From a bacterium (GTDB lineage: Bacteria > Desulfobacterota > DSWW01): DNA of 37,986 bases. The DNA is taken from NCBI GenBank assembly GCA_040756235.1, contig JBFLZG010000005.1, positions 1 through 37,986 on the forward strand, written 5' to 3'. This document shows positions 1 through 7,586 of the stretch, piece after piece; positions within the stretch are counted from its first letter, which is position 1, and the number at the start of each line of letters is the position of its first letter. Position numbers and translations under genes: made by a program. The notes under the pieces were generated by a model. The model was not told the origin of the DNA. It did not search any database and saw only the letters and a list, made by a program, of their open reading frames with translations.

Positions 1-120
1 ATCCTCCCCCCACAGTTGTTTCTGAACCACGAATCGAAATGACTGACCTTGCAGCGGATGGAAAGGATGGGTCACGCGGACCAGCTTCTCAAGAGTCCGA
101 TGCCGTGCATTTGACAGCTT

Positions 121-929
121 TGGACAAAGGGCGAGTCGAGAAAGCCATCGGCCACACGCGGGACGACTGCTTCGCAGGAGTGAAGCTCAAGACGATCGAG
201 GAGGCACGTCTTCATGCCCGCCAGTGGTGCCTGAACGAGTACGGGGCGCGCCGCCACAGCCGAACACTCCGGATGCCGCGGGAGCACTTCGAGGCCGACG
301 AGCGGGGGCATCTGCTGCCCGCACCCGTGGAGCCTTATGACATCCCGCTGCATGCGGAACCGAAAGTGGCCCGCGACCAGCACGCCTCGGTGGCCCGCGC
401 GCTCTACTCCCTCCCTCGCACCTTCCGCGGGCAGAGGCTGAAGGCCGTTGCCGACCGTTCCACGGTGCGCTTCTACCAGGGCCGGACCCTCGTCAAAGTG
501 CATCCCCGCAAGCCTCCCGGAGGCCGCTCGACCGATCCGGCCGACTTCCCTCCGGAACAAGCCGCGTGCGCCTTCCGAGACATCGACTTCTTCCGGAGCC
601 GGGCCCGCGAGCACGGCGATGCGGTGGGACGCTTTGCCGAGCAGCTCCTGGCCGGTCCGCTCCCCTGGACGCGCATGCGGCGCGTCTACGCCCTGCTCGG
701 ACTCTGTCGCCGCTACGGCGACGAGCGCGTGAACGAAACCTGCGCCCTGGCCCTCGAGGTCGGCATGCTCGACGTCCGCCGCCTGGAACGGATGCTCCTG
801 CTGGCGCCGGCTCCGGCGGCGCCCCCGTCCGCATCCCGAGCCGCTCCGGCCAGCCGCTATCTGCGGCCGCCGTCTCAGTACGCCTTGTTCCCGAAGGAAC
901 CCACGAACCCCGAACCGGAGTCGGAGTAG
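121..929 (+). pseudogene. istA: IS21-family transposase IstA, C-terminal part (5'-truncated; 3' end altered by intron insertion)
   Basis: From DKGRVEKAI: IstA-like KGxVE motif, HSRTLRMP, YSLP and VHPR...GGRSTDPADFP segments; lies upstream of istB. The first ~27 codons of ORF 39..929 do not look like IstA. Confidence 0.85.
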
Positions 930-2836
930 GAATGCCCATTGCTGAACACCCCCTCCACGGATCCGGACGTGCGGAGCTACCGCATCCGGCTCTTGCCTCA
1001 GGTGATGACGCCAAGGCGTCGGAGGGGATAGGGATGACAGACACGGGCCAGAGGCAGCCAGCGTGCGATGAGCCGCTGCATACGTTTCCAGGGAACCCGT
1101 CCAACCTGGTGACGGCGCGACAAAGTGCGCCACCAGAGCCGACTGACCTGGAAGCGGAAGTCCCGGAGCGCATGGCTGTTCGTGGGCACTCCGTAATAGC
1201 GGATGTGGCCCTGGACAACCGTACGCAGCCACAGACCTACCTCGGGGATGGGCTCGTGCATGCGTCGTCTGAGCTCGGCTTTCACTTCGCTCAGCTTCGC
1301 CTGCAACCTTTGTCGGATCGTCTGCCGCAGCACCGTGAAGCGTCCGTTGCTCTGCTTCTTCCCACAGATGTGGGTGAAGCCGAGGAAGCCGAACGTCTCG
1401 GGCTTCCCTGCTCCGCGCTGCTGGCGTCGTTCGGCCGCAAAGGGGCCGAATTCCAGCAGTCGCGTCTTTTCGGGATGCAGTTCCAGTCCGAACTTGCCAA
1501 AACGCTCGGCAAGCTCCTTCCAAAACCGCTCGGCGTCCGCTTTGAGCTGGAAGCCCAGCACGATGTCGTCAGCGAACCGCACGACGATCATATCGCCCTG
1601 GGCTTGCTTCCGGCGCCATGCCTGGACCCACAGGTCAAAGGCGTAGTGGAGGTAGATGTTGGCCAACAGAGGCGAGACACTGCCGCCCTGAGGCGTCCCC
1701 ACCTCGCTGCGCACCCGCTTACCATCCTCCAGCACGCCCACGTTCAGCCATTTCTGGATGAGCCGTACGACGCGCCGGTCCGCAATCCGGTGCTCGACGA
1801 ATTTGACCAGCCATGCGCGGTCGATGGCATCGAAGAAGCCGCGAATGTCCACGTCCAGCACCCAGTTCACCTTCCTCGTCAGCAGTCCCGCGTAGAGCGC
1901 GTCCAACGCTTGGTGTGGACTTCGCCCCGGCCGAAACCCGTACGAGAATCCAAGGAAGTCGTTCTCGTAGATCGCGTTCAGCACCTCGACCACGGCCCGC
2001 TGGACGATCTTGTCTTCCAGCGCTGTAACCCCGAGCGGTCGCTGCCGCCCGTCGGCCTTAGGGATGTACGCTCTACGCACCAACTTCGCCCGGTACGCTC
2101 CCCGCTTGAGTCGCTCCGAAAGACCGCTCAAGTTCTCCTCCAGCCCCTCCCCGTACTGCCGCCACGTCTGTCCGTCCACGCCAGGGGCAGCGTCCCGTTT
2201 GAGTCCGAGATAGGCCGCCCGAAGCATTTCCGGATCGTAGACGTGGTGCAGGAGCGCGGTGAACCGCATCCTCTTATCCCTTCTTGCTGCCTGCCGTACC
2301 CGCTCCAGCGCTCTTGGCGCGCCTGGTCGGCCCTGTGTCCGGGGCGCGTTTTGCTGTCGCAGGTTCCCCTTGGCCAAGCCCCTTCCCTCCATCTCCTCCG
2401 CAGCCGGTCTTCCGGCTTTGTTCGGAGACTTCTCCGGTACTATGGGCCTGTCCGACTTCCCATGTCCGTTCGTCATCGGCGTACGTCCTTGGACTTCCCG
2501 ATACGCCCCGCCGGTCCATCCCCGGCGGGTGAACATGGGACCTCCCGGTTCCCGTGCACGGTGTTTCCGCGCATGCACCAGGCCTCTGACCGCGTGGGGT
2601 TCCGGTGCGTCTCGCGCTGTCGACGTCCCGGATGTGGCCTTCCGCATTCTCCTACTGCGTCGGCACCCCAGAGTAAGGTTCTTTCGCGGCTCAATACTGG
2701 GCCTGCGCGTTCCCCTGTCAACGCTTCGTCTGCGCCCTTGCGGACACATCCGCATGACTCGGGGCCGCTGCGGTTCGCTACACCTTCAGCGTATGACTCT
2801 TTCATTCACTACACCATGCCGGTTTAGCCGGCGCAC
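920..2836 (-). mobile_element. Complete group II intron (retroelement)
   Basis: Minus-strand 5' end GTGCG at 2836; domain V GAGCCGGATGCGGTAGCTCCGCACGTCCGGATC (992..960); domain VI ending CCTACTCCGAC at 920. Removal rejoins the istA frame to a TGA overlapping the istB ATG. EBS1 AGGAGAA (2653..2647) is complementary to the 5' exon end TTCTCCT. Confidence 0.95.
998..2476 (-). CDS. ltrA: Group II intron reverse transcriptase/maturase without endonuclease domain (start uncertain)
   Basis: IPKADGRQRPLG, FSYGFRPGRS, VLDVDIRGFFD, GTPQGGSVSPLLANIYLH, RFADD, FLGF and domain X (GHIRYYG); ends without an HNH motif. Confidence 0.95.
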   Translation of the reverse strand: MTNGHGKSDRPIVPEKSPNKAGRPAAEEMEGRGLAKGNLRQQNAPRTQGRPGAPRALERVRQAARRDKRMRFTALLHHVYDPEMLRAAYLGLKRDAAPGVDGQTWRQYGEGLEENLSGLSERLKRGAYRAKLVRRAYIPKADGRQRPLGVTALEDKIVQRAVVEVLNAIYENDFLGFSYGFRPGRSPHQALDALYAGLLTRKVNWVLDVDIRGFFDAIDRAWLVKFVEHRIADRRVVRLIQKWLNVGVLEDGKRVRSEVGTPQGGSVSPLLANIYLHYAFDLWVQAWRRKQAQGDMIVVRFADDIVLGFQLKADAERFWKELAERFGKFGLELHPEKTRLLEFGPFAAERRQQRGAGKPETFGFLGFTHICGKKQSNGRFTVLRQTIRQRLQAKLSEVKAELRRRMHEPIPEVGLWLRTVVQGHIRYYGVPTNSHALRDFRFQVSRLWWRTLSRRHQVGRVPWKRMQRLIARWLPLARVCHPYPLRRLGVIT

Positions 2837-2848
2837 AGGAGAACAGCC

Positions 2849-3667
2849 ATGACCCCGGACACCGTCTCACAGGACCTCAAGACCGTTCTTCGCAGGCTCA
2901 AGCTCGGCCGCATGCTCGATACCCTGCCCGAGCGCATGAGCCTGGCCCGACAGAACCAGATGCCCCATCAGGACTTCCTGCTGCTCGTCCTCTCCGACGA
3001 GGCGTCCCGGCGGGACGGACAGGCCGCCACGGTCCGCGCCCAGCGGGCTCGCCTGGATCCCTCCATGTGCCTCGAGCGCTGGGACGACTCCGCCCGGGTC
3101 CACTACGACAAGACCCTGCTCAACGAGCTCGTCTCCCTGCGCTTCATCGAGAAGCGCGCCCACGTCACGGTCGTCGGCCCCGTGGGCGTCGGCAAGACCT
3201 TCCTGGCCCATGCCCTCGGACACATCGCCTGCCGGCGCCGCTACTCCGTTCTGGCCGTCCGCTCCGACCAGATGCTCAAGACCCTGAAGCACGCTCGCTT
3301 GGACAACTCCTACGAAGCCGAGCTTCGCAAGCTCGTAGTCGTCGACCTCCTCCTGGTAGACGACTTCGGCCTCGACGCCATGGACTCCACTGAAAGCCGG
3401 GACACCTACGAGATCCTGACCGAGCGGCACCGCTCCGGATCCATGATCGTCACTTCCAACCGAGGCCCAGACGAGTGGCTCGCCACCTTCGCCGATCCTG
3501 TGCGTGCCCAGAGCGCCATCGACCGCTTCACCAACAACTCCTACGACCTCGTCATCGAGGGAGAATCGTATCGGCCACGGATGAAGCCGCGACTCGCAGG
3601 CCCACCGGATCCGTCCCCGGATGAACCGACCGCCCGGAGTCGCCGCGGTCGACAGAGGCGACAATGA
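2849..3667 (+). CDS. istB: IS21-family helper ATPase IstB
   Basis: Walker A GPVGVGKT, Walker B LLLVDDFG, TSNR, DRF and C-terminal GESYR; RBS AGGAG at 2837-2841. Confidence 0.95.
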   Translation: MTPDTVSQDLKTVLRRLKLGRMLDTLPERMSLARQNQMPHQDFLLLVLSDEASRRDGQAATVRAQRARLDPSMCLERWDDSARVHYDKTLLNELVSLRFIEKRAHVTVVGPVGVGKTFLAHALGHIACRRRYSVLAVRSDQMLKTLKHARLDNSYEAELRKLVVVDLLLVDDFGLDAMDSTESRDTYEILTERHRSGSMIVTSNRGPDEWLATFADPVRAQSAIDRFTNNSYDLVIEGESYRPRMKPRLAGPPDPSPDEPTARSRRGRQRRQ

Positions 3668-3696
3668 CGTGATAGAACCCCCTCCGGTCACCGGGG

Positions 3697-3748
3697 TGGG
3701 GGGTGAATGGTTTTGAAAATGGGGGGTGAATACTTCTGAAAACCGACA
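3697..3748. repeat. Right end of first IS21 element with subterminal repeats
   Basis: Tandem 23-bp repeats TGGGGGGTGAATGGTTTTGAAAA and TGGGGGGTGAATACTTCTGAAAA, ending ...CCGACA (IS21 ends in CA). Confidence 0.8.
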
Positions 3749-3901
3749 CCGATTCCCGAGGAGCTTTGGGCAGCCGCGGTCAGACTCACCAAAGAGCATT
3801 CCGTAGTTCAGGTATCCAAGATCCTTCGACTCGATTACACCAAGCTGAAGAGGCGAGCCTCTCCGGAGGGCTCTCCCCGAAGGCCGAAGCTCGTCGAGTT
3901 G
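3749..3901 (+). pseudogene. IS66-family TnpA (OrfA)-like HTH fragment between two IS21 ends
   Basis: Translates as PIPEELWAAAVRLTKEHSVVQVSKILRLDYTKLKRRASPEGSPRRPKLVEL, resembling IS66 accessory OrfA proteins; no start codon. Confidence 0.65.
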
Positions 3902-4018
3902 TGCATAATCCGGCCCAATCTGCCCACCAAATCCGGACGAAGCTGTCCACTCCGTCCGGTCGAATCTGTCCACCGAATCCGGAGGAATCTGTCCACTGAA
4001 TCCGGCCCGAATCTGTTT
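3902..4018. repeat. Left end of second IS21 element: five ~23-bp tandem repeats
   Basis: Starts TGCATAATCCGG; repeated unit (AA)TCCGG-N3/4-AATCTGTCCAC x5 upstream of an istA start. Confidence 0.8.
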
Positions 4019-4147
4019 ATTTTTTGGGCCGGAACCGGACAGGGATCCCTCGCCTGATTCGCCCAAGAGATCCGGAAGCGACAGTCGACGCTGGCAAGCC
4101 AGCCGGTAAGATCTTTCCTCAAGAGAGAGGCTTCTTGAGGAGGGATC

Positions 4148-4725
4148 ATGCCAGCGAAGAGACTGAAAATGCGAAAGCTGCGCGAGGTATTGCGGCTCCG
4201 GATCGAACACGAGCTGAGCGACCGGGCCATCGGACGAAGCTGTGCGGTGAGCCATCGCACGGTATCGGAGTACATGGGCAGGTTCTACCGTTCCGGGCTT
4301 CCCTGGCCCCTCCCCGAGGGGCTCGACGACACGGCCCTCGAGCGGAAGCTTTTCCTTGAGGAACCCCAGCCGGTTCCTTCTCAGGCCCTCAAGTCGATGC
4401 CGGACATGAAGTACCTCAGGCAGGAGCTCGCCCGGCCCGGGGTGAGCCTCCAGATGCTCTGGAAGGAATACCGGGAACAGACCGCCTGGGGGATACAGCC
4501 GGAGCCAGTTCTACGAGCATTATCGAAGGTGGGCGGGCAGGCTCCATCCGACCATGCGCCAGGAGCACAAGGCCGGCGAGAAGGTCTTCGTGGACTGGGC
4601 GGGCAAGAAGCCCGAGATCGTGGACCCCGGGACCGGCGAGGTTCTCGAGGCGGAGCTGTTCGTCGGCGTCATGGGCGCGAGCAGCTACACGTATGCAGAG
4701 GCCACGCTCACGCAGCAGCTCCCGC
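4148..4725 (+). pseudogene. istA: Second IS21-family IstA, N-terminal part, frameshifted (~4480) and truncated
   Basis: MPAKRLKMRKLREVLRL...LWKEY, then in a shifted frame GYSRSQFYEHYRRW...MRQEHKAGEKVFVDWAG...GASSYTYAEA; homology stops at ~4725. Confidence 0.85.
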
Positions 4726-4917
4726 GAGATCGGGCTCAAGGTGGGTCGCGTGCTGCATCGCTACAAGATGGGCAAACACTTTCGACTGCGCATCCGGGAG
4801 GGCGCGTTTTCGTATCAGCGCCGGCAAGAGACGATTGAACGGGAGCGCCAGCTGGACGGCATCTATGTGATCCGCACCAGTGAGCCGACCGCGCGGATGA
4901 GCTCCGAGGACGTGGTG
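4726..4917 (+). pseudogene. IS1634-family transposase internal fragment
   Basis: EIGLKVGRVLHRYKMGKHFRLRI...ERQLDGIYVIRTS...EDVV, typical of IS1634 transposases. Confidence 0.7.
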
Positions 4918-5147
4918 TCGGAGCGCTCCATCTGCCGATCACGACACTGAGCCTCATCATGGGCGGTCACATCCGAGTGGGACTTGAGGACAATGTTTAT
5001 TACCGCAAGGGGGAACTGGCGGAGAGCAACGCCCAGCAGGTAAGGAGAGCGGTGCGAATCATTCATGAGCTGAACCGTGAAGTCGCCACTCCGGCTCAGG
5101 CGCGAGAAATGCTGGGGTTGAGTAGGACGCCAAGGGAGTATCCCTAA
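4917..5147 (+). pseudogene. 3' remnant of beta-keto acid cleavage enzyme (Kce/BKACE, DUF849)
   Basis: [11 protein letters not shown]...LAESNAQQV...[15 protein letters not shown] is the C-terminal signature; the 5' two-thirds is missing. Confidence 0.85.
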
Positions 5148-5252
5148 ATCAGGGTGGTGATGGTCGTAAGTTGCTCTTCTCTGGGAGAGGTCTGGAATTC
5201 TACCTGTCTGTTATCCTGATGGGTTTGGAGATGCCGCTGGAGAGGGCGGGAG

Positions 5253-5873
5253 ATGGAAGGTGTCAAACTGCCGAGGCGTGAAAGAGAGAGGCTCGATCGG
5301 CGTCGGGAGATCCTTGCTGCTGCGCTCGATCTCTTTTCGAAGAAGGGGTACTTTAGGGTTTCAATGGACGAGATCGCAGGCAGGGCGGAGTTCGCTATTG
5401 GAACGGTCTACAAGTTCTTTAAGAACAAGGATGACCTTTACAGCGCCCTTATCTTGGAGGAAGCCCGGAGAGTCCACGATGCGCTGATTCGGGGGGTGAA
5501 GAGATCTGACCATGAGGTCGATGAGGTTCGCGGTTATGTTATGGCCAAAGGGGAGGCATTTTGTACGAGGACGTCAACTATTCGTCTCTACTTTGCAGAA
5601 ATTGAAGGGGCGGGCTTTAATGTAATTCCGGAGCGGGGTCGGGAGATCCAACAGCTGAGTAGTGATCTCAGGCGAATCGTAGCCTCTGTTTTCGAGAGCG
5701 GAATGAAGAAGCGCATCTTTAGGAGGATAGCTGATCCTATTCAGCTTGCAGTTACCCTGGAACACATGACGAATGGCTTCATCTTCTTATGGCTGGAGGA
5801 ACCCGAGAGTCATCCATACCCCAAAAGCGCCGACACCATATTGGACGTTCTCTTTGAAGGAGTGCTCGTTTGA
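5253..5873 (+). CDS. TetR/AcrR family transcriptional regulator
   Basis: N-terminal HTH ILAAALDLFSKKGY...MDEIAGRAEFAIGTVYKFFKNKDDL; GC lower than flanks. Confidence 0.92.
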   Translation: MEGVKLPRRERERLDRRREILAAALDLFSKKGYFRVSMDEIAGRAEFAIGTVYKFFKNKDDLYSALILEEARRVHDALIRGVKRSDHEVDEVRGYVMAKGEAFCTRTSTIRLYFAEIEGAGFNVIPERGREIQQLSSDLRRIVASVFESGMKKRIFRRIADPIQLAVTLEHMTNGFIFLWLEEPESHPYPKSADTILDVLFEGVLV

Positions 5874-5896
5874 TTGACTCAGTCGGTTTGCCGGTT

Positions 5897-6491
5897 TCAG
5901 TTCCCGTAGACGATCCTCCTCATGGACGTGCTCTTCTGGACTCTGCCGCCGCCCTGCTCCTTACTGTGTGCCGGAACCGCCCTGCTTTGTGCCCACTCGC
6001 GAAGGGATTGGATCTTCTCTCTGGCAGTACGGCAGACGGGGGCCACGAAGAGGCCTGCCTCTTCCAGAGTCGTCTCGAGCATCTTCGCCACCCGGGGGAC
6101 CGGGAGAAGTCCGCATAGGCTTCCCAGAGGTCGTAGGTCTGCTGGAACCCGCTGAAATTGTGCGGGTCCGCGTCCGCAACGTCCCCCAGTTTGCCGCCCG
6201 CAAATGGCCTCATAAAGGAAGCGGCCCACGAGGGTACTTGGCGTTGATCTCAAGGGCACGCAGCGGATGGACGATGTCCAGGTCCTTGGTCAGGGCCTCA
6301 GATCGTGGTTGATCTCGACCAGGGCCAAGTTCCGGTGCTGGACAAAATCCCAGCTGTCGATGTCCGGGTAAGAATAGCCCTTCAGGTTCTCCTCCGTGTC
6401 GTTCTCCTGGGGGCGGACCGTGCTGCACGCTGGGTCTGGGGGACAAGATTCCGGCCTCCGGTCGCTCTGCGGGAAGCACTACCCATGCCAA
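5897..6491 (-). pseudogene. Degraded gene remnants; last part resembles C-terminus of Ycf46-like AAA ATPase
   Basis: Protein-like text switches frames several times; ends in LEEAGLFVAPVCRTAREKIQSLREWAQSRAVPA. Confidence 0.4.
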
Positions 6492-6504
6492 GAGGCGAGT
6501 ACGG

Positions 6505-7488
6505 TCATGGCCGGGCCGGTGATCTTGGATCCAGACAGACCCCGTATTCGGCGCAGTATCGCTTGATGAGATCGACGAAGAAAGCTCCCTTCGAACGCCT
6601 GATCCTGCCCCGGCGGGCCTCCTCCTTGGTCTCGCTCAGCGCCCTGAAGATCAGCTGGGGAGAGCCGTGCGCCTCCAGGATCCTCCCGGCGAGAAAACGG
6701 TAGTAGCCCGTGCTTTGGGGATCATGGAGAGTCTCAGCCATCTCGGTGGCCAGACCCTGGATCTGGGCTTCCCGTGCCATCTCATCTTCAGACAGGTCCA
6801 GCAGGTTAGCATTAACGTTAACGTTCTTAAAAGTACTTCTTAAGAGTACGTCTTCCTGTAGCAAATTGCTACAGCGTACCTGAGTAGCAAATTGCCACTT
6901 AGGTGGCCGGTCGTCTCCGGGATTTTGCGACCTAAGTAGCAAATTGCTACTTAGGTCGACTGTCCTGTTTTCCTGCCGGTTCTCTTCTTGAGTTTTTGCT
7001 CCGGAGGTCCTCTGCTGGACAAGGATCTTGAGCTTGCTTTGGTCATCCGGGATCAACGGATCGTCCATGGCGATGTAGTACATGTCGGAGGTCCTGACCG
7101 TCTTTTTGGTTGCTGGGTCATATACGTAGCGCTTCTCACGCTTTACGAAGGAATGCGCGATCGGCCGCTGCAACTCCCTGAGGATCGTCCACCTGGAGAC
7201 CCCGATTTCTGCCGCCAGGTTCTCATGCTTCGGGTAGCACCAGTCGCGTCGCTCCTTGGTGAGCTTGTTGAAATAGCAGTAACGTCTCAAGCGGATGATG
7301 AGGAGAGTAAGGGTAGGGCCGAGAATCGGAGCCCATTTGTCCAGAAAGTACTGACTGATGACGGCCACTTTCTCAGGCGCGACGATCTCGTTCCTGCAAT
7401 CGAGATAGACGGGCTGAAGCTCGATGGCGTCGAGCCCCTTTCGTTGGACCCACTCCTCGATTTCTATGGGGGCGTCGTCCTCGGCCAT
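6505..7488 (-). CDS. Putative replication initiator with N-terminal winged HTH (phage/plasmid Rep-like)
   Basis: WCYPKHENLAAEIGVSRWTILRELQR HTH, central linker encoded by repeated palindromes, helical C-terminal domain; lies in an integrase island. Confidence 0.7.
   Translation of the reverse strand: MAEDDAPIEIEEWVQRKGLDAIELQPVYLDCRNEIVAPEKVAVISQYFLDKWAPILGPTLTLLIIRLRRYCYFNKLTKERRDWCYPKHENLAAEIGVSRWTILRELQRPIAHSFVKREKRYVYDPATKKTVRTSDMYYIAMDDPLIPDDQSKLKILVQQRTSGAKTQEENRQENRTVDLSSNLLLRSQNPGDDRPPKWQFATQVRCSNLLQEDVLLRSTFKNVNVNANLLDLSEDEMAREAQIQGLATEMAETLHDPQSTGYYRFLAGRILEAHGSPQLIFRALSETKEEARRGRIRRSKGAFFVDLIKRYCAEYGVCLDPRSPARP
6805..6958. repeat. Candidate replication origin: three palindromic iterons plus AT-rich tract inside the rep gene
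   Basis: Core GTAGCAAATTGC at 6856-6874, 6878-6904 and 6928-6958 (last is CGACCTAAGTAGCAA-A-TTGCTACTTAGGTCG, perfect 15-bp arms); AT-rich tract TTAACGTTAACGTTCTTAAAAGTACTTCTTAAG adjacent. Confidence 0.7.
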
Positions 7489-7586
7489 GTGCGAGGCCCT
7501 TTACCTGTTGCGCCCGCCCCAGAATCTCCCGGTTGCCGCGTACCCCGTCTTCTGTGGCCCAGCAAAGCCTGTGTGATGGCGACAGG

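Noticed and set aside
998..2476. Retron, DGR or defence-associated RT
   Set aside because: Flanked by complete group II intron RNA ends and has a maturase domain.
566..2827. 753-aa plus-strand ORF
   Set aside because: Antisense shadow of the intron RT; no recognisable motifs.
3902..4018. Regular ~23-bp repeats as a CRISPR array
   Set aside because: Units are contiguous with no unique spacers and no cas genes; they precede istA and fit IS21 terminal repeats.
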